Shown here one piece after another: positions 41,818-51,244 of a DNA stretch of 64,000 nucleotides. The notes under the pieces were generated by a model that was given only the letters and a program-made list of their open reading frames with translations, was not told the origin of the DNA and searched no databases. Every line of letters begins with the position of its first letter. Within the stretch, counting starts at the first letter, position 1. Source of the DNA: Neisseriaceae bacterium (GTDB lineage Bacteria; Pseudomonadota; Gammaproteobacteria; Burkholderiales; Neisseriaceae); NCBI GenBank assembly GCA_017934045.1, contig JAGBKK010000019.1, positions 1 to 64,000 of the forward strand. Direction: 5' to 3'. A program made the translations under genes and the position numbers.

Positions 41818-43965
41818 TTGATAAATCAAATGGTTGAACACACAAAAAATGCCCCCGACGGTACGAAAAATGTTGCTTTGTCTGCTTTGGTGCTATTAGC
41901 ACGCTTTCACGGTGTGGCAGTTAATCCGAATGATATTGCTCATCGCTTTGATGAAGACGGCACAGGATTAACACAAACAGCGTGGTTATTAGCCGCCAAA
42001 GATTTAGGATTAAAAGCCAAAGTAGTCAAACAAAAAATCAATCGTCTGCATTTATCCGCCCTGCCCGCTTTGGTGTGGCGTGATGACGGCGAGCATTTTA
42101 TTTTAGCCAAAGTCGATGACAATCAATTTCTTATTCAAGATTTAGTTGCCAACAACGCACGCGTTTTATCTGTTGATGAATTTGCCGCCATTTACAGCGG
42201 CGAAGTGATTTTGCTTACTTCGCGTGCGTCCGTTTTGGGTCAATTATCCAAATTCGATTTCACTTGGTTTATTCCTGCGGTGATTAAATATCGCCGTATT
42301 TTATTGGAAGTTTTATTGGTTTCTGTGGTTTTGCAACTATTTGCTTTAATCACACCCCTATTCTTTCAAGTGGTGATGGATAAGGTTTTGGTGCATCGTG
42401 GTTTTTCTACGCTTGATGTGATTGCCATTGCCCTGTTTGTGGTTTCTTTATTTGAAATTATTTTGGGCGGATTGCGTTCGTATATTTTTGCCCACACCAC
42501 TTCTCGCATTGATGTGGAATTGGGGGCAAAATTATTCCGTCATTTACTTGCTTTGCCGATTGCATATTTTGAAAATCGCCGTGTGGGCGATACCGTGGCA
42601 AGAGCCAGAGAATTAGAACAAATCCGCTCATTTTTAACTGGGCAAGCCTTAACTTCGGTTTTGGATTTATGTTTTTCGTTTATTTTTTTGGCGGTAATGT
42701 GGTTTTACAGCGGCTGGCTAACATTAGTGGTCATCGTATCGCTACCGTGTTATGCCGCTTGGTCGGCAACCATTAGCCCGATTTTACGAGCAAGATTAAA
42801 CGATAAATTTGCCCGCAATGCGGATAATCAATCGTTTTTGGTGGAAAGCGTAACCACAATCGGCACAATCAAAGCAATGGCGGTTGAACCGCAAATGACA
42901 CGCCGTTGGGATAAACAACTTGCCGCCTATGTACATTCAGGTTTTCGTGTTACGCGTTTGGCAACCATAGGGCAACAAGGCATTCAATTCATACAAAAAA
43001 TGGTAATGGTAATGACGCTGTGGTTAGGGGCAAGATTGGTGATTGCAGGCGATTTAACCATAGGTCAGTTAATTGCTTTTAATATGTTGGCAGGGCAAGT
43101 GGCTGCTCCTGTTATTCGTTTAGCACAATTATGGCAAGATTTTCAACAAGTGGGTATATCGGTAGCACGCTTGGGCGATATTCTCAATACACCGACTGAA
43201 AACCCCACTTCTCGTTTGGCACTGCCTGATATTCAAGGCAATATTGCGTTTGAAGAAGTGTCGTTTCGGTATCGTCCAGACGGTGCAGAAATTTTACGGC
43301 AATTATCATTAGACATAAAAGCAGGTGAAATTGTGGGCATTGTGGGGCGTTCGGGTTCGGGCAAATCCACACTCACCAAATTAGTACAACGCTTGTATGT
43401 GCCAGAAAGAGGCAGAGTATTAGTCGATGGCAACGATTTAGCCCTTGCCGACCCTGCTTGGTTGCGGCGACAAATTGGCGTTGTTTTACAAGAAAACATT
43501 TTAATGAACCGCACCATTCGCGAAAACATAGCCATAGCCGAAACAGGTATGCCATTAGAGCAAGTTATTCAGGCAGCCAAATTAGCAGGTGCTCACGATT
43601 TTATTATGGAACTGCCACAAGGTTATGACACGGTGGTGGGCGAACAAGGTGCAGGCTTATCAGGCGGACAACGGCAAAGAATTGCCATTGCTCGTGCGTT
43701 AGTGGGCAATCCCAAAATTTTAATTTTGGACGAAGCAACGAGTGCATTGGACTACGAATCCGAGCAAGCCATAATGAAAAATATGCACGCCATTTGTCGT
43801 GGCAGAACGGTGTTGATTATTGCTCACCGCCTATCCACAGTACGCCACGCACACCGCATTATTGCGATGGATAAGGGGCAAATTATTGAACAAGGCACGC
43901 ATAGCGAATTGTTGCAAAAGGAAAACGGCTATTACCGCTATTTGTATCAGTTGCAAAATGGGTAG
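41818..43965 (+). CDS. type I secretion system ABC transporter (HlyB/RtxB family; C39-like domain + TMD + ABC ATPase)
   Basis: N-terminal C39-like domain, 6 TM helices, Walker [10 protein letters not shown], signature LSGGQRQR, Walker [13 protein letters not shown]. 715 aa. Confidence 0.9.
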   Translation: MINQMVEHTKNAPDGTKNVALSALVLLARFHGVAVNPNDIAHRFDEDGTGLTQTAWLLAAKDLGLKAKVVKQKINRLHLSALPALVWRDDGEHFILAKVDDNQFLIQDLVANNARVLSVDEFAAIYSGEVILLTSRASVLGQLSKFDFTWFIPAVIKYRRILLEVLLVSVVLQLFALITPLFFQVVMDKVLVHRGFSTLDVIAIALFVVSLFEIILGGLRSYIFAHTTSRIDVELGAKLFRHLLALPIAYFENRRVGDTVARARELEQIRSFLTGQALTSVLDLCFSFIFLAVMWFYSGWLTLVVIVSLPCYAAWSATISPILRARLNDKFARNADNQSFLVESVTTIGTIKAMAVEPQMTRRWDKQLAAYVHSGFRVTRLATIGQQGIQFIQKMVMVMTLWLGARLVIAGDLTIGQLIAFNMLAGQVAAPVIRLAQLWQDFQQVGISVARLGDILNTPTENPTSRLALPDIQGNIAFEEVSFRYRPDGAEILRQLSLDIKAGEIVGIVGRSGSGKSTLTKLVQRLYVPERGRVLVDGNDLALADPAWLRRQIGVVLQENILMNRTIRENIAIAETGMPLEQVIQAAKLAGAHDFIMELPQGYDTVVGEQGAGLSGGQRQRIAIARALVGNPKILILDEATSALDYESEQAIMKNMHAICRGRTVLIIAHRLSTVRHAHRIIAMDKGQIIEQGTHSELLQKENGYYRYLYQLQNG

Positions 43966-44100
43966 TGTTGCAATAAGTGGAGTGTAATGGGGTTCAGGCT
44001 GCCTGAAAGGTGATTGGGTTTATTGTGTCAAGGATTTTTTGAGTGCTTAAATTATTTTCAGGCTGCCTGAATGAGATTTTTTAATTAAGGAATAAATAAA

Positions 44101-44697
44101 ATGTATGAAAAATATCAATTATTAACAGCGGAATGTATTACTTTAATTATTGGATTATATTTTTTCATTCGTTGTTGGTTTGGTTTTAAGAAAAAACCTG
44201 ATATGCGTATTGATGAAATTCCTGATGAGTGGGTAAGAAATCGTTGTCGCAATGCAGAAAAAATGCAAAAATATTTTTCATTAGCAGGTTGTGTTTTAGG
44301 TGCTTTATTAACATTGATTTCTTTATTTTATATATTGCATACTTGTTTTTTTACTATACCACAAGAAACAAAAGAAATGTTTAATAGTGGCTGGATTACT
44401 TTAACATTTTTTCTTTCTTTGTTTTCTGCGTTCTTTTCCTTTTGGTATGATTTTTGTGGTTACAACAAAAGAATATTATTTAATTATAAAGAAAATAATT
44501 TTGATGAATTAAATTTTTGGGAATATACAGTAAAAATGGCTTTTATTAGCATGGAAAGTCATTGGATACAAATGCAACATATAACTTATGGTGCTATATT
44601 TTTATTGTATCTTTCTTTGAGTTTATTTTTTATATCTTTATTAGATATAAAATCTGGGTATGCCTATTATTTAGGTATAAGTTCTTTTTTCTTTTAA
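44101..44697 (+). CDS. hypothetical polytopic membrane protein inside the T1SS locus
   Basis: 198 aa, 4-5 hydrophobic helices, ~28% GC. Ends 14 nt before the RTX gene start. No recognisable domain. Confidence 0.5.
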   Translation: MYEKYQLLTAECITLIIGLYFFIRCWFGFKKKPDMRIDEIPDEWVRNRCRNAEKMQKYFSLAGCVLGALLTLISLFYILHTCFFTIPQETKEMFNSGWITLTFFLSLFSAFFSFWYDFCGYNKRILFNYKENNFDELNFWEYTVKMAFISMESHWIQMQHITYGAIFLLYLSLSLFFISLLDIKSGYAYYLGISSFFF

Positions 44698-44711
44698 TTT
44701 AGAGATGCATT

Positions 44712-47700
44712 ATGGCAACTTTTGCAATGAAAGTAAATTATGCGTGTGTTAAAGACGCATTGGAAGAAGTTTATGGTTTTGGCAATGGCAACGATGTCAA
44801 TGCTATCAATAACATTGAAACACTGGCTTTTGCATTGGTTAATCTAACACTAAAAAAAGTGTTTGGTAAAGTTACAGGTGTTGATACCGCAAGAAAAATT
44901 ATCAATAATATTGGCGGTCAACAAGGTGTCGTAATGGGTTTAGCAGTGTTTTTCCAAAAAATTGGTCGCGGTCAAAAATTGGAATACAAAGATTTTGTCG
45001 AAGTGGCTGTTCCTATTGTTAATTTGGTTGCTGATTTTGGACAACTTGCGTTAGGCAAAAATCCGTTTGGTGCAGGATTTTTAGCCTTATTAACAGTTGT
45101 AGAAACACTAACACCACTTATTCCTTGTTTCTTTGGCGAAGACCCCGCCCCCACAAAAGACCCAGCCGAACAAAATTATTCCCCATTAGTCATCGACCTA
45201 AACGCAGACGGTGTGGGTTCGTATAAATTGAAAAACGGCGTTTATTTCGACTTGGATAACAATGGCTTTAAGGAAAAAACCGCTTGGGCTCACTACCAAG
45301 ACGGCTTGTTGGCACTGGATTTGAACGGTAACGGCACAATCGATAACGGTGCGGAACTGTTTGGTAATCACACCAAATTAAAAGACGGCACGCTCGCCAC
45401 AAACGGCTTTGACGCACTGGCTCAATATGACGATAACGGCGACGGCGTAATTAACAATAAAGATAAAGTGTGGAAAAACTTGCTCGTGTGGCAAGATAAA
45501 GTAAATGACGGCATGTCGCAGTCGGACGAATTGACCGCCATTAGTAAAACAGGCATTACGGAAATTAACTTGGGATATAAAAACAGTAATGTGGTTGATG
45601 AAAATGGCAATAAACACGCTCAACAATCAACGGTTGTGTGGAAAGACGGTAAAACCACTGGTATTGACGATGTGTGGTTTAACAGCGATTTAACGCGTAC
45701 GCAAAGCACAGCAACTTTGGACGGTGTGTCGGATAAGGTGTTAGAACAGTTGTATGCCCTGCCTGATGTGCAAGGGTTTGGCAATTTGGAATCCTTGATG
45801 ATTGCGATGTCGCAAAATAGCAAGTTGCTGAATATGGTGAAAAAATATGTTGCGGCAAATAAAACCAATCGTGCCAATATGTTGGACGATTTGATTTTTG
45901 AATGGGCAGGGGTTGCCAAAGTAGATAAAACTTCTCGTGGTTCATACATTGACGCAAGAGTGTTGGAAACGATTGAAGTTTTAACTGGCGGTGAGTTTAA
46001 GCAAAATGGATACAATCGCAATCCTAATTCGGGAGCGGCAGATGAACTGCGTAAAGAATACGCTAAATTCAAAAATTATGTGCATTCAATGATTTTGGCA
46101 CAAACGGATTATGCTGATGTGTTTGCGATGAATACGGTAACTAATGTGGTTACGGGTGAAGTGCAAATGGTGTTTAGCAACCTGAAAGCCAAATTAACGG
46201 AATTGGCAAAAAAATTGTCGTGGAATAATCCGAATAATCAAGTTTTGGAATTAGTGAGTGTGTTAAATGGCATTGGCACTTATGCTGTTTTGCCTATCCA
46301 AAATATGATTGATGATGTGAAAGCATTGGGTAAAAATAATGCAGTGATAGATTATTATCTTAAACAAAATGTTATGGTGGGAACGGCAAATAATGATAGC
46401 GTTTCAGGAAATAACGAAAATAATTTGTTGTATGGCTTAAATGGTGATGATTCGTTGTATGGTGGTGATGGTAATAACCGTTTGTATGGCGGTAATGGTA
46501 ACGACACCTTATACGGCGGCAATGGCAACAACGATAAGTTGTTAGGCGGTGCAGGGAACGATCACTTATACGGCAACAACGGCAACGATACACTGAATGG
46601 CGGTGCAGGCAATGACTATCTGAAAGGTGGTTACGGCAATGATGTGTATGTATTTGACGCTAATTTCGGTCAAGATACCATTTATAACTACGATACAACT
46701 GAAAAGCGTAAAGACATTATCCGCTTTACCGATAATCGCAAAGTCAGCGACTTCACCTTTACGCGTAGTGGTGATGATTTAATCATCAAAGCCAAAAAAG
46801 GTGAAGATAAATTAACGGTTCAAGCTTATTTCAACAATGACGCAAAAGGCGTGTGTCGCATTGATGAAATTCAATTCAAAGACGGCACAAAACTGTCAGT
46901 GGATAAAGTCAAACAAATGGTGCAACAAGGCACAAGTAGCGATGATACGCTGTATGCATATGCCATAGGCAATACGCTCAATGGTGGCAACGGTAACGAT
47001 ACCTTGCACGGTGCGGCTGGTAAGGATACGCTCAACGGTGGTAACGGTACAGATAAATTATTTGGCAATGACAGTAACGATACGCTAAACGGTGGTGCTG
47101 GCAATGATTACTTAAATGGCGGCAATGGTAATGATGTTTATTTGTTCGGAACAAATTTCGGACAAGATACCATTTGGAACCATGATTCAACAGCCAAGCG
47201 TAAAGATGTTATTCGCTTTACCGATAATCGTAAGGTAAGCGATTTTACCTTTACTCGTTACTACGATAATTTGATTATCAAAGTCAAAAAAGGTGATAAC
47301 CAAATTACGGTGCAAAACTACTTCGATGCAGATGGCAAAGGTGCTTATCGCATTGATGAAATTCAATTCAAAGACGGCACAAAATTGACGGTTGATAAAG
47401 TCAAAGCAATGGTGCAACAAGCAACCGCTGGCGATGATACACTGTATGCGTATGCAAATGGCAGTACGCTAAATGGCAAAAACGGCAACGACACTTTACA
47501 CGGTTCATCAGGCAACGATACGCTGATAGGTGGCAACGGTGCAGATAGGCTGTATGGTAACGGTGGCAACGACACCTTAAATGCTGGCAACGATAACGAC
47601 ACATTAGGTGGTGGCGACGGCAACGATAAGTTGTTAGGCGGTGCAGGGAACGATCACTTATACGGCGACAACGGCAACGATACACTGAATGGCGGTGCAG

Positions 47701-48164
47701 GTAATGACTATCTGAATGGTGGTTACGGCAATGATGTGTATGTATTTGACGCAAATTTCGGTCAAGATTGGATTTACAACTATGATACGACTGAAAAGCG
47801 TAAAGACATTATCCGCTTTACCGATAATCGCAAAGTCAGCGACTTCACCTTTACGCGTAGTGGCGATGATTTAATCATCAAAGCTAAAAAAGGTGATGAC
47901 CAAATTACGGTGCAGAACCATTTTGCCAGCAACAATTATTACCGCATTGATGAATTGCAGTTTAAGAATGGTTCAACAATGAATACCGCACAAATCAACG
48001 CCATTGTCGCCGATCCAAGTTTAGCAGCAACCGAAGCGGCGTACAACCGTATGGTGCAGGCGATGGCAAGTTTCGGCACAGGTTCAGCCACCGCTTTGAT
48101 TGCAGGTAATACGGATACACTGCTTAATCCGAATAATTACCTAACAGGATCCAGTGCGGCGTAA
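44712..48164 (+). CDS. RTX-family calcium-binding protein (T1SS substrate)
   Basis: Three blocks of GGxGxDxL nonapeptide repeats, each followed by an HCBP_related-like domain (DxIxF...RIDEIQFKDGT). C-terminal Gly/Ala-rich uncleaved secretion signal. The N-terminal ~330 aa carry a hydrophobic-helix region and EF-hand-like loops (DDNGDGVINNKD). Confidence 0.85.
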   Translation: MATFAMKVNYACVKDALEEVYGFGNGNDVNAINNIETLAFALVNLTLKKVFGKVTGVDTARKIINNIGGQQGVVMGLAVFFQKIGRGQKLEYKDFVEVAVPIVNLVADFGQLALGKNPFGAGFLALLTVVETLTPLIPCFFGEDPAPTKDPAEQNYSPLVIDLNADGVGSYKLKNGVYFDLDNNGFKEKTAWAHYQDGLLALDLNGNGTIDNGAELFGNHTKLKDGTLATNGFDALAQYDDNGDGVINNKDKVWKNLLVWQDKVNDGMSQSDELTAISKTGITEINLGYKNSNVVDENGNKHAQQSTVVWKDGKTTGIDDVWFNSDLTRTQSTATLDGVSDKVLEQLYALPDVQGFGNLESLMIAMSQNSKLLNMVKKYVAANKTNRANMLDDLIFEWAGVAKVDKTSRGSYIDARVLETIEVLTGGEFKQNGYNRNPNSGAADELRKEYAKFKNYVHSMILAQTDYADVFAMNTVTNVVTGEVQMVFSNLKAKLTELAKKLSWNNPNNQVLELVSVLNGIGTYAVLPIQNMIDDVKALGKNNAVIDYYLKQNVMVGTANNDSVSGNNENNLLYGLNGDDSLYGGDGNNRLYGGNGNDTLYGGNGNNDKLLGGAGNDHLYGNNGNDTLNGGAGNDYLKGGYGNDVYVFDANFGQDTIYNYDTTEKRKDIIRFTDNRKVSDFTFTRSGDDLIIKAKKGEDKLTVQAYFNNDAKGVCRIDEIQFKDGTKLSVDKVKQMVQQGTSSDDTLYAYAIGNTLNGGNGNDTLHGAAGKDTLNGGNGTDKLFGNDSNDTLNGGAGNDYLNGGNGNDVYLFGTNFGQDTIWNHDSTAKRKDVIRFTDNRKVSDFTFTRYYDNLIIKVKKGDNQITVQNYFDADGKGAYRIDEIQFKDGTKLTVDKVKAMVQQATAGDDTLYAYANGSTLNGKNGNDTLHGSSGNDTLIGGNGADRLYGNGGNDTLNAGNDNDTLGGGDGNDKLLGGAGNDHLYGDNGNDTLNGGAGNDYLNGGYGNDVYVFDANFGQDWIYNYDTTEKRKDIIRFTDNRKVSDFTFTRSGDDLIIKAKKGDDQITVQNHFASNNYYRIDELQFKNGSTMNTAQINAIVADPSLAATEAAYNRMVQAMASFGTGSATALIAGNTDTLLNPNNYLTGSSAA
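46529..46815 (+). repeat. internal direct repeat 1 of the RTX gene (~287 bp, ~94% identical to the copy at 47621-47907)
   Basis: Manual alignment gives ~17 mismatches over 287 nt. A more diverged third unit lies between (~47040-47330). Each unit encodes a nonapeptide block plus an HCBP_related-like domain. Confidence 0.8.
47621..47907 (+). repeat. internal direct repeat 2 of the RTX gene
   Basis: See 46529-46815. Offset is 1092 bp. Confidence 0.8.
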
Positions 48165-48358
48165 TTGGTGCGTTGTTGATAATAGTTTCAGGCTGCCTAA
48201 AAATGATGAAACAGCGTGGGCAATAAATTGCCCACCCTACGGTTGGAAGATTGCGTACGCATTGCACTCGCAATGCTCGCAATGACAGTTAGAGATTTTG
48301 GATTGGCTTTTCAGGCTGCCTGAAACTTGTTTATTAACTTATTATTGACAATTAAAAA

Positions 48359-49828
48359 ATGCAAAAACAATCAATTTATTTTCAAGCAATCAAGGATTTA
48401 TGGCAACGCTATAAAACGGTGTGGCGTGAAGTTTGGAGCATTCGTGATCAGTTAGATCCGCCTAAACGCGAAGAAGATGAACGGGCGTTTTTGCCTGCTC
48501 ATTTGGAATTGGTGGAAACGCCGATTTCTGCTGCTCCCAAATGGACGGCTCGGCTGATTATGGCTTTTGCGGTTTTGGCTCTTTTGTGGGCAATTATCGG
48601 CAAAATGGACATTGTTGCGGTGGCACAGGGTAAGACGACTTTGGGCGGTCACAGTAAAACCATTCAGCCTTTGGAAACTTCGGTGGTGAAAAGTATTTTG
48701 GTCAAAGACGGACAACATGTTGAAAAAGACCAAGTGTTAATGGAATTATCAGGTATTGGTTCGGATTCTGATTATGAACGCTCTGTTGCCGCTTTACAGG
48801 CTGCCCATTTATCTAAATGGCGTAGTGAAGTGCTATTAAACGCATTAGAACAAAAAACGCCTGTGCCTAAAATAGATATTTTTAGTGATATAAAAAATCC
48901 ACAAAAAGCATTATCTCAATTAAATGTGCCTAATGAAATATTATTGCAAACGCAAGAATTGGTTATCAATCAATATCAATCGTGGTTTTCCAAAGATCAG
49001 CAATTACAATCAATAAAAGCAGCACGAGAGGCGGAATTAAATTCGGTTCAAGCACAAATTGTTAAATTAAAAGGTTTAACGCAAATTGAACAACAAAGAA
49101 CACAGGATTATAAAAAATTATTGGATAAAAATTTTATGTCCAAACATATGTATTATGAACAGCAAAGTAAGTTAATTCAAAACCAAAATGATTTGGCTTC
49201 ACAAAAAAGCAAACTGATTGAAATTAAAGAAACAATCCGTCAAGCCGATGAAGAACAGCAACTTAATACACAAACTTTAATGCGTGATACTTTGGATTTA
49301 CTTCGTCAAGCCGATGAACAAATTGCACAATTAAATTCAGAAAGTGAAAAAGCTTTACAAAGACAAACGCTGATGACTTTAACTTCTCCTGTGGCAGGAA
49401 CAGTACAACAATTATCTATTCATACCGTAGGCGGAGTAGTAACAGCGGCTCAACCAATTATGGTGATTGTGCCTGATGAAGATAAATTAGAAGTGGAAGC
49501 TATGGTATTAAATAAAGATATTGGTTTTGTAAAAGCAGGACAAAAAGTGGCAATTAAAATTGAATCGTTTCCTTATACCAGATATGGCTATATTAACGGC
49601 ACAGTTAAAAGCATTAGTTTTGACGCAATCGAAAATGAACAATTAGGTTTGGTTTATGCGGCAAAAATTGAACCTGAACGGGATTTTTTAAATATTGACG
49701 GTGCAAAAATTAAACTCACCGCAGGTATGAATGTTACAGGGGAAATTAAAACAGGAAAAAGACGGGTAATTGATTATTTATTAAGCCCATTAAAAACCAA
49801 AGTTGATGAAAGTTTGAAGGAGCGTTAA
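48359..49828 (+). CDS. type I secretion periplasmic adaptor (HlyD family)
   Basis: N-terminal TM anchor, long coiled coil, and the C-terminal beta-barrel/lipoyl region typical of HlyD. 489 aa. Confidence 0.9.
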   Translation: MQKQSIYFQAIKDLWQRYKTVWREVWSIRDQLDPPKREEDERAFLPAHLELVETPISAAPKWTARLIMAFAVLALLWAIIGKMDIVAVAQGKTTLGGHSKTIQPLETSVVKSILVKDGQHVEKDQVLMELSGIGSDSDYERSVAALQAAHLSKWRSEVLLNALEQKTPVPKIDIFSDIKNPQKALSQLNVPNEILLQTQELVINQYQSWFSKDQQLQSIKAAREAELNSVQAQIVKLKGLTQIEQQRTQDYKKLLDKNFMSKHMYYEQQSKLIQNQNDLASQKSKLIEIKETIRQADEEQQLNTQTLMRDTLDLLRQADEQIAQLNSESEKALQRQTLMTLTSPVAGTVQQLSIHTVGGVVTAAQPIMVIVPDEDKLEVEAMVLNKDIGFVKAGQKVAIKIESFPYTRYGYINGTVKSISFDAIENEQLGLVYAAKIEPERDFLNIDGAKIKLTAGMNVTGEIKTGKRRVIDYLLSPLKTKVDESLKER

Positions 49829-49830
49829 TA

Positions 49831-51129
49831 ATGCTAAAATTAAATAAATACAATTTGTTAATTGCGGCATTATTCTTTAATATTCATATTTCTTGTTATG
49901 GCTTTGATTTGCAAGATGCGTGGAACGCTGCCTATCAATATAATGCTGAATATTCGGCAGCAACACATGAAAAAAATGCTGGACTTGAAGCAAAAAAACA
50001 AGGTGTTGCGGTATTGTTGCCACAACTATCTGCAAATGCAGTTTATCAAGAACAGCCACAATCAATGAGTAATGACGCACAATCACATGGTTGGAATATT
50101 CAATTACAACAGCCTTTATTTGATGTGGCAAAATGGCAACAATATAAACAGGGTAACAATAAATCCAAAATAGCGGAAATTCGTTTTAATCAAATTGATT
50201 CGCAATTAAAATTGGATATTGGTAAAGCCTATTTTCAAGTATTGCAAGCACAGGACAATTTAACCGCAATCGCTGCGGCTAAAAAAGCCTATACCGAACA
50301 ATTAGCCCAAGTTAAAGCAATGTTTGAAGTGGGTGCGGCAACCCAAGTGGATATTGATGAAGTGCAATCAGGATATGACGCAGCAGTTGCCAAAGAAGTC
50401 AAATCGCTATCAGAATTAAATATAGCACGCAATTTTTTACACAATGCCACTGGATTAAATACTGATGATATTGAACCGATTGAAAATAAACAATTATTTT
50501 CTTTTAACCATTTAGCCAAAGAAGAAGAATGGCAAAAAATCGCTCAACACAATAATCCTGAATTATTATTATCCCAATTAAAATTAGAACAAGCCAATAC
50601 TTTGCTATCCGAAATGCGTGCCAATCGCTTGCCTGTGGTATCGTTTTCAGGTGGCTATCAAGATATGCGTTATAAAAACGAAAGCAATTATCAGGATTAT
50701 CGCTATGGCAGACGCGGTTATTCGGTAAGTGTTAATGTGTCTATTCCCTTATTTGTAGGCGGACAAATCAACAGCAAAGTCAAAGAAGCCTATGAATTAT
50801 CTATGCAGGCACAGGATTTATTAACCGCCACAAATCGAAAAATCGCATTGGAAATTAAACAACATTATTTGTCCATTCATAGTGGCAAAAGTGAAATTGC
50901 AGCACAAGAAAAATTGTTGCAATCCACGCAATCTAAATTGCAATCCACACAAATGGGCTATGAAGTGGGCTTGCGAAGTAATTTGGATGTCGTCCAAGCC
51001 CAACAAGCCTATTTAGAAGCACAACAACAATTAGCCCAAGCTAAATATCAATGCTTAATTGCGTATTTGCAATTACTTCACACCGCAGGCGTGTTAGATG
51101 ATAAACAAGTAATGTTTTCAATAAGATAA
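49831..51129 (+). CDS. tolC: TolC-family outer membrane channel
   Basis: Signal peptide and two tandem OEP repeats. Starts 2 nt after the hlyD stop. 432 aa. Confidence 0.85.
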   Translation: MLKLNKYNLLIAALFFNIHISCYGFDLQDAWNAAYQYNAEYSAATHEKNAGLEAKKQGVAVLLPQLSANAVYQEQPQSMSNDAQSHGWNIQLQQPLFDVAKWQQYKQGNNKSKIAEIRFNQIDSQLKLDIGKAYFQVLQAQDNLTAIAAAKKAYTEQLAQVKAMFEVGAATQVDIDEVQSGYDAAVAKEVKSLSELNIARNFLHNATGLNTDDIEPIENKQLFSFNHLAKEEEWQKIAQHNNPELLLSQLKLEQANTLLSEMRANRLPVVSFSGGYQDMRYKNESNYQDYRYGRRGYSVSVNVSIPLFVGGQINSKVKEAYELSMQAQDLLTATNRKIALEIKQHYLSIHSGKSEIAAQEKLLQSTQSKLQSTQMGYEVGLRSNLDVVQAQQAYLEAQQQLAQAKYQCLIAYLQLLHTAGVLDDKQVMFSIR

Positions 51130-51167
51130 GTTTATTGAACTGTATTGAGATGACTATAAATTGAAGT

Positions 51168-51198
51168 TTCTGACAAATTTCAGGCTGCCTGAAAAACA
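51168..51198 (+). repeat. right copy of the direct repeat flanking the T1SS/RTX locus
   Basis: See left copy at 41659-41692. Preceded by a TGACTATAAATTGAAGTT Correia-TIR-like motif. Confidence 0.7.
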
Positions 51199-51199
51199 C

Positions 51200-51230
51200 A
51201 AAACGGCATTTGATTATGCCGTTTTTTTCT
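51200..51230. terminator. bidirectional terminator (AAAACGGCAT-TTGATT-ATGCCGTTTTTTT) between tolC and the surface lipoprotein gene
   Basis: 10-bp perfect stem, A-run 5' and T7 3'. Convergent genes on both sides. Confidence 0.8.
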
Positions 51231-51244
51231 ATTCAAACAATGGA

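Noticed and set aside
46372-47754. Minus-strand ORFs rich in Cys/His/Arg (for example 47401-47754 HRCRCRRISDRSLHRL...) inside the RTX gene
   Set aside because: They are reverse-frame translations of the GGxGNDxL nonapeptide DNA repeats. This is a repetitive-sequence artefact opposite a well-supported coding strand.
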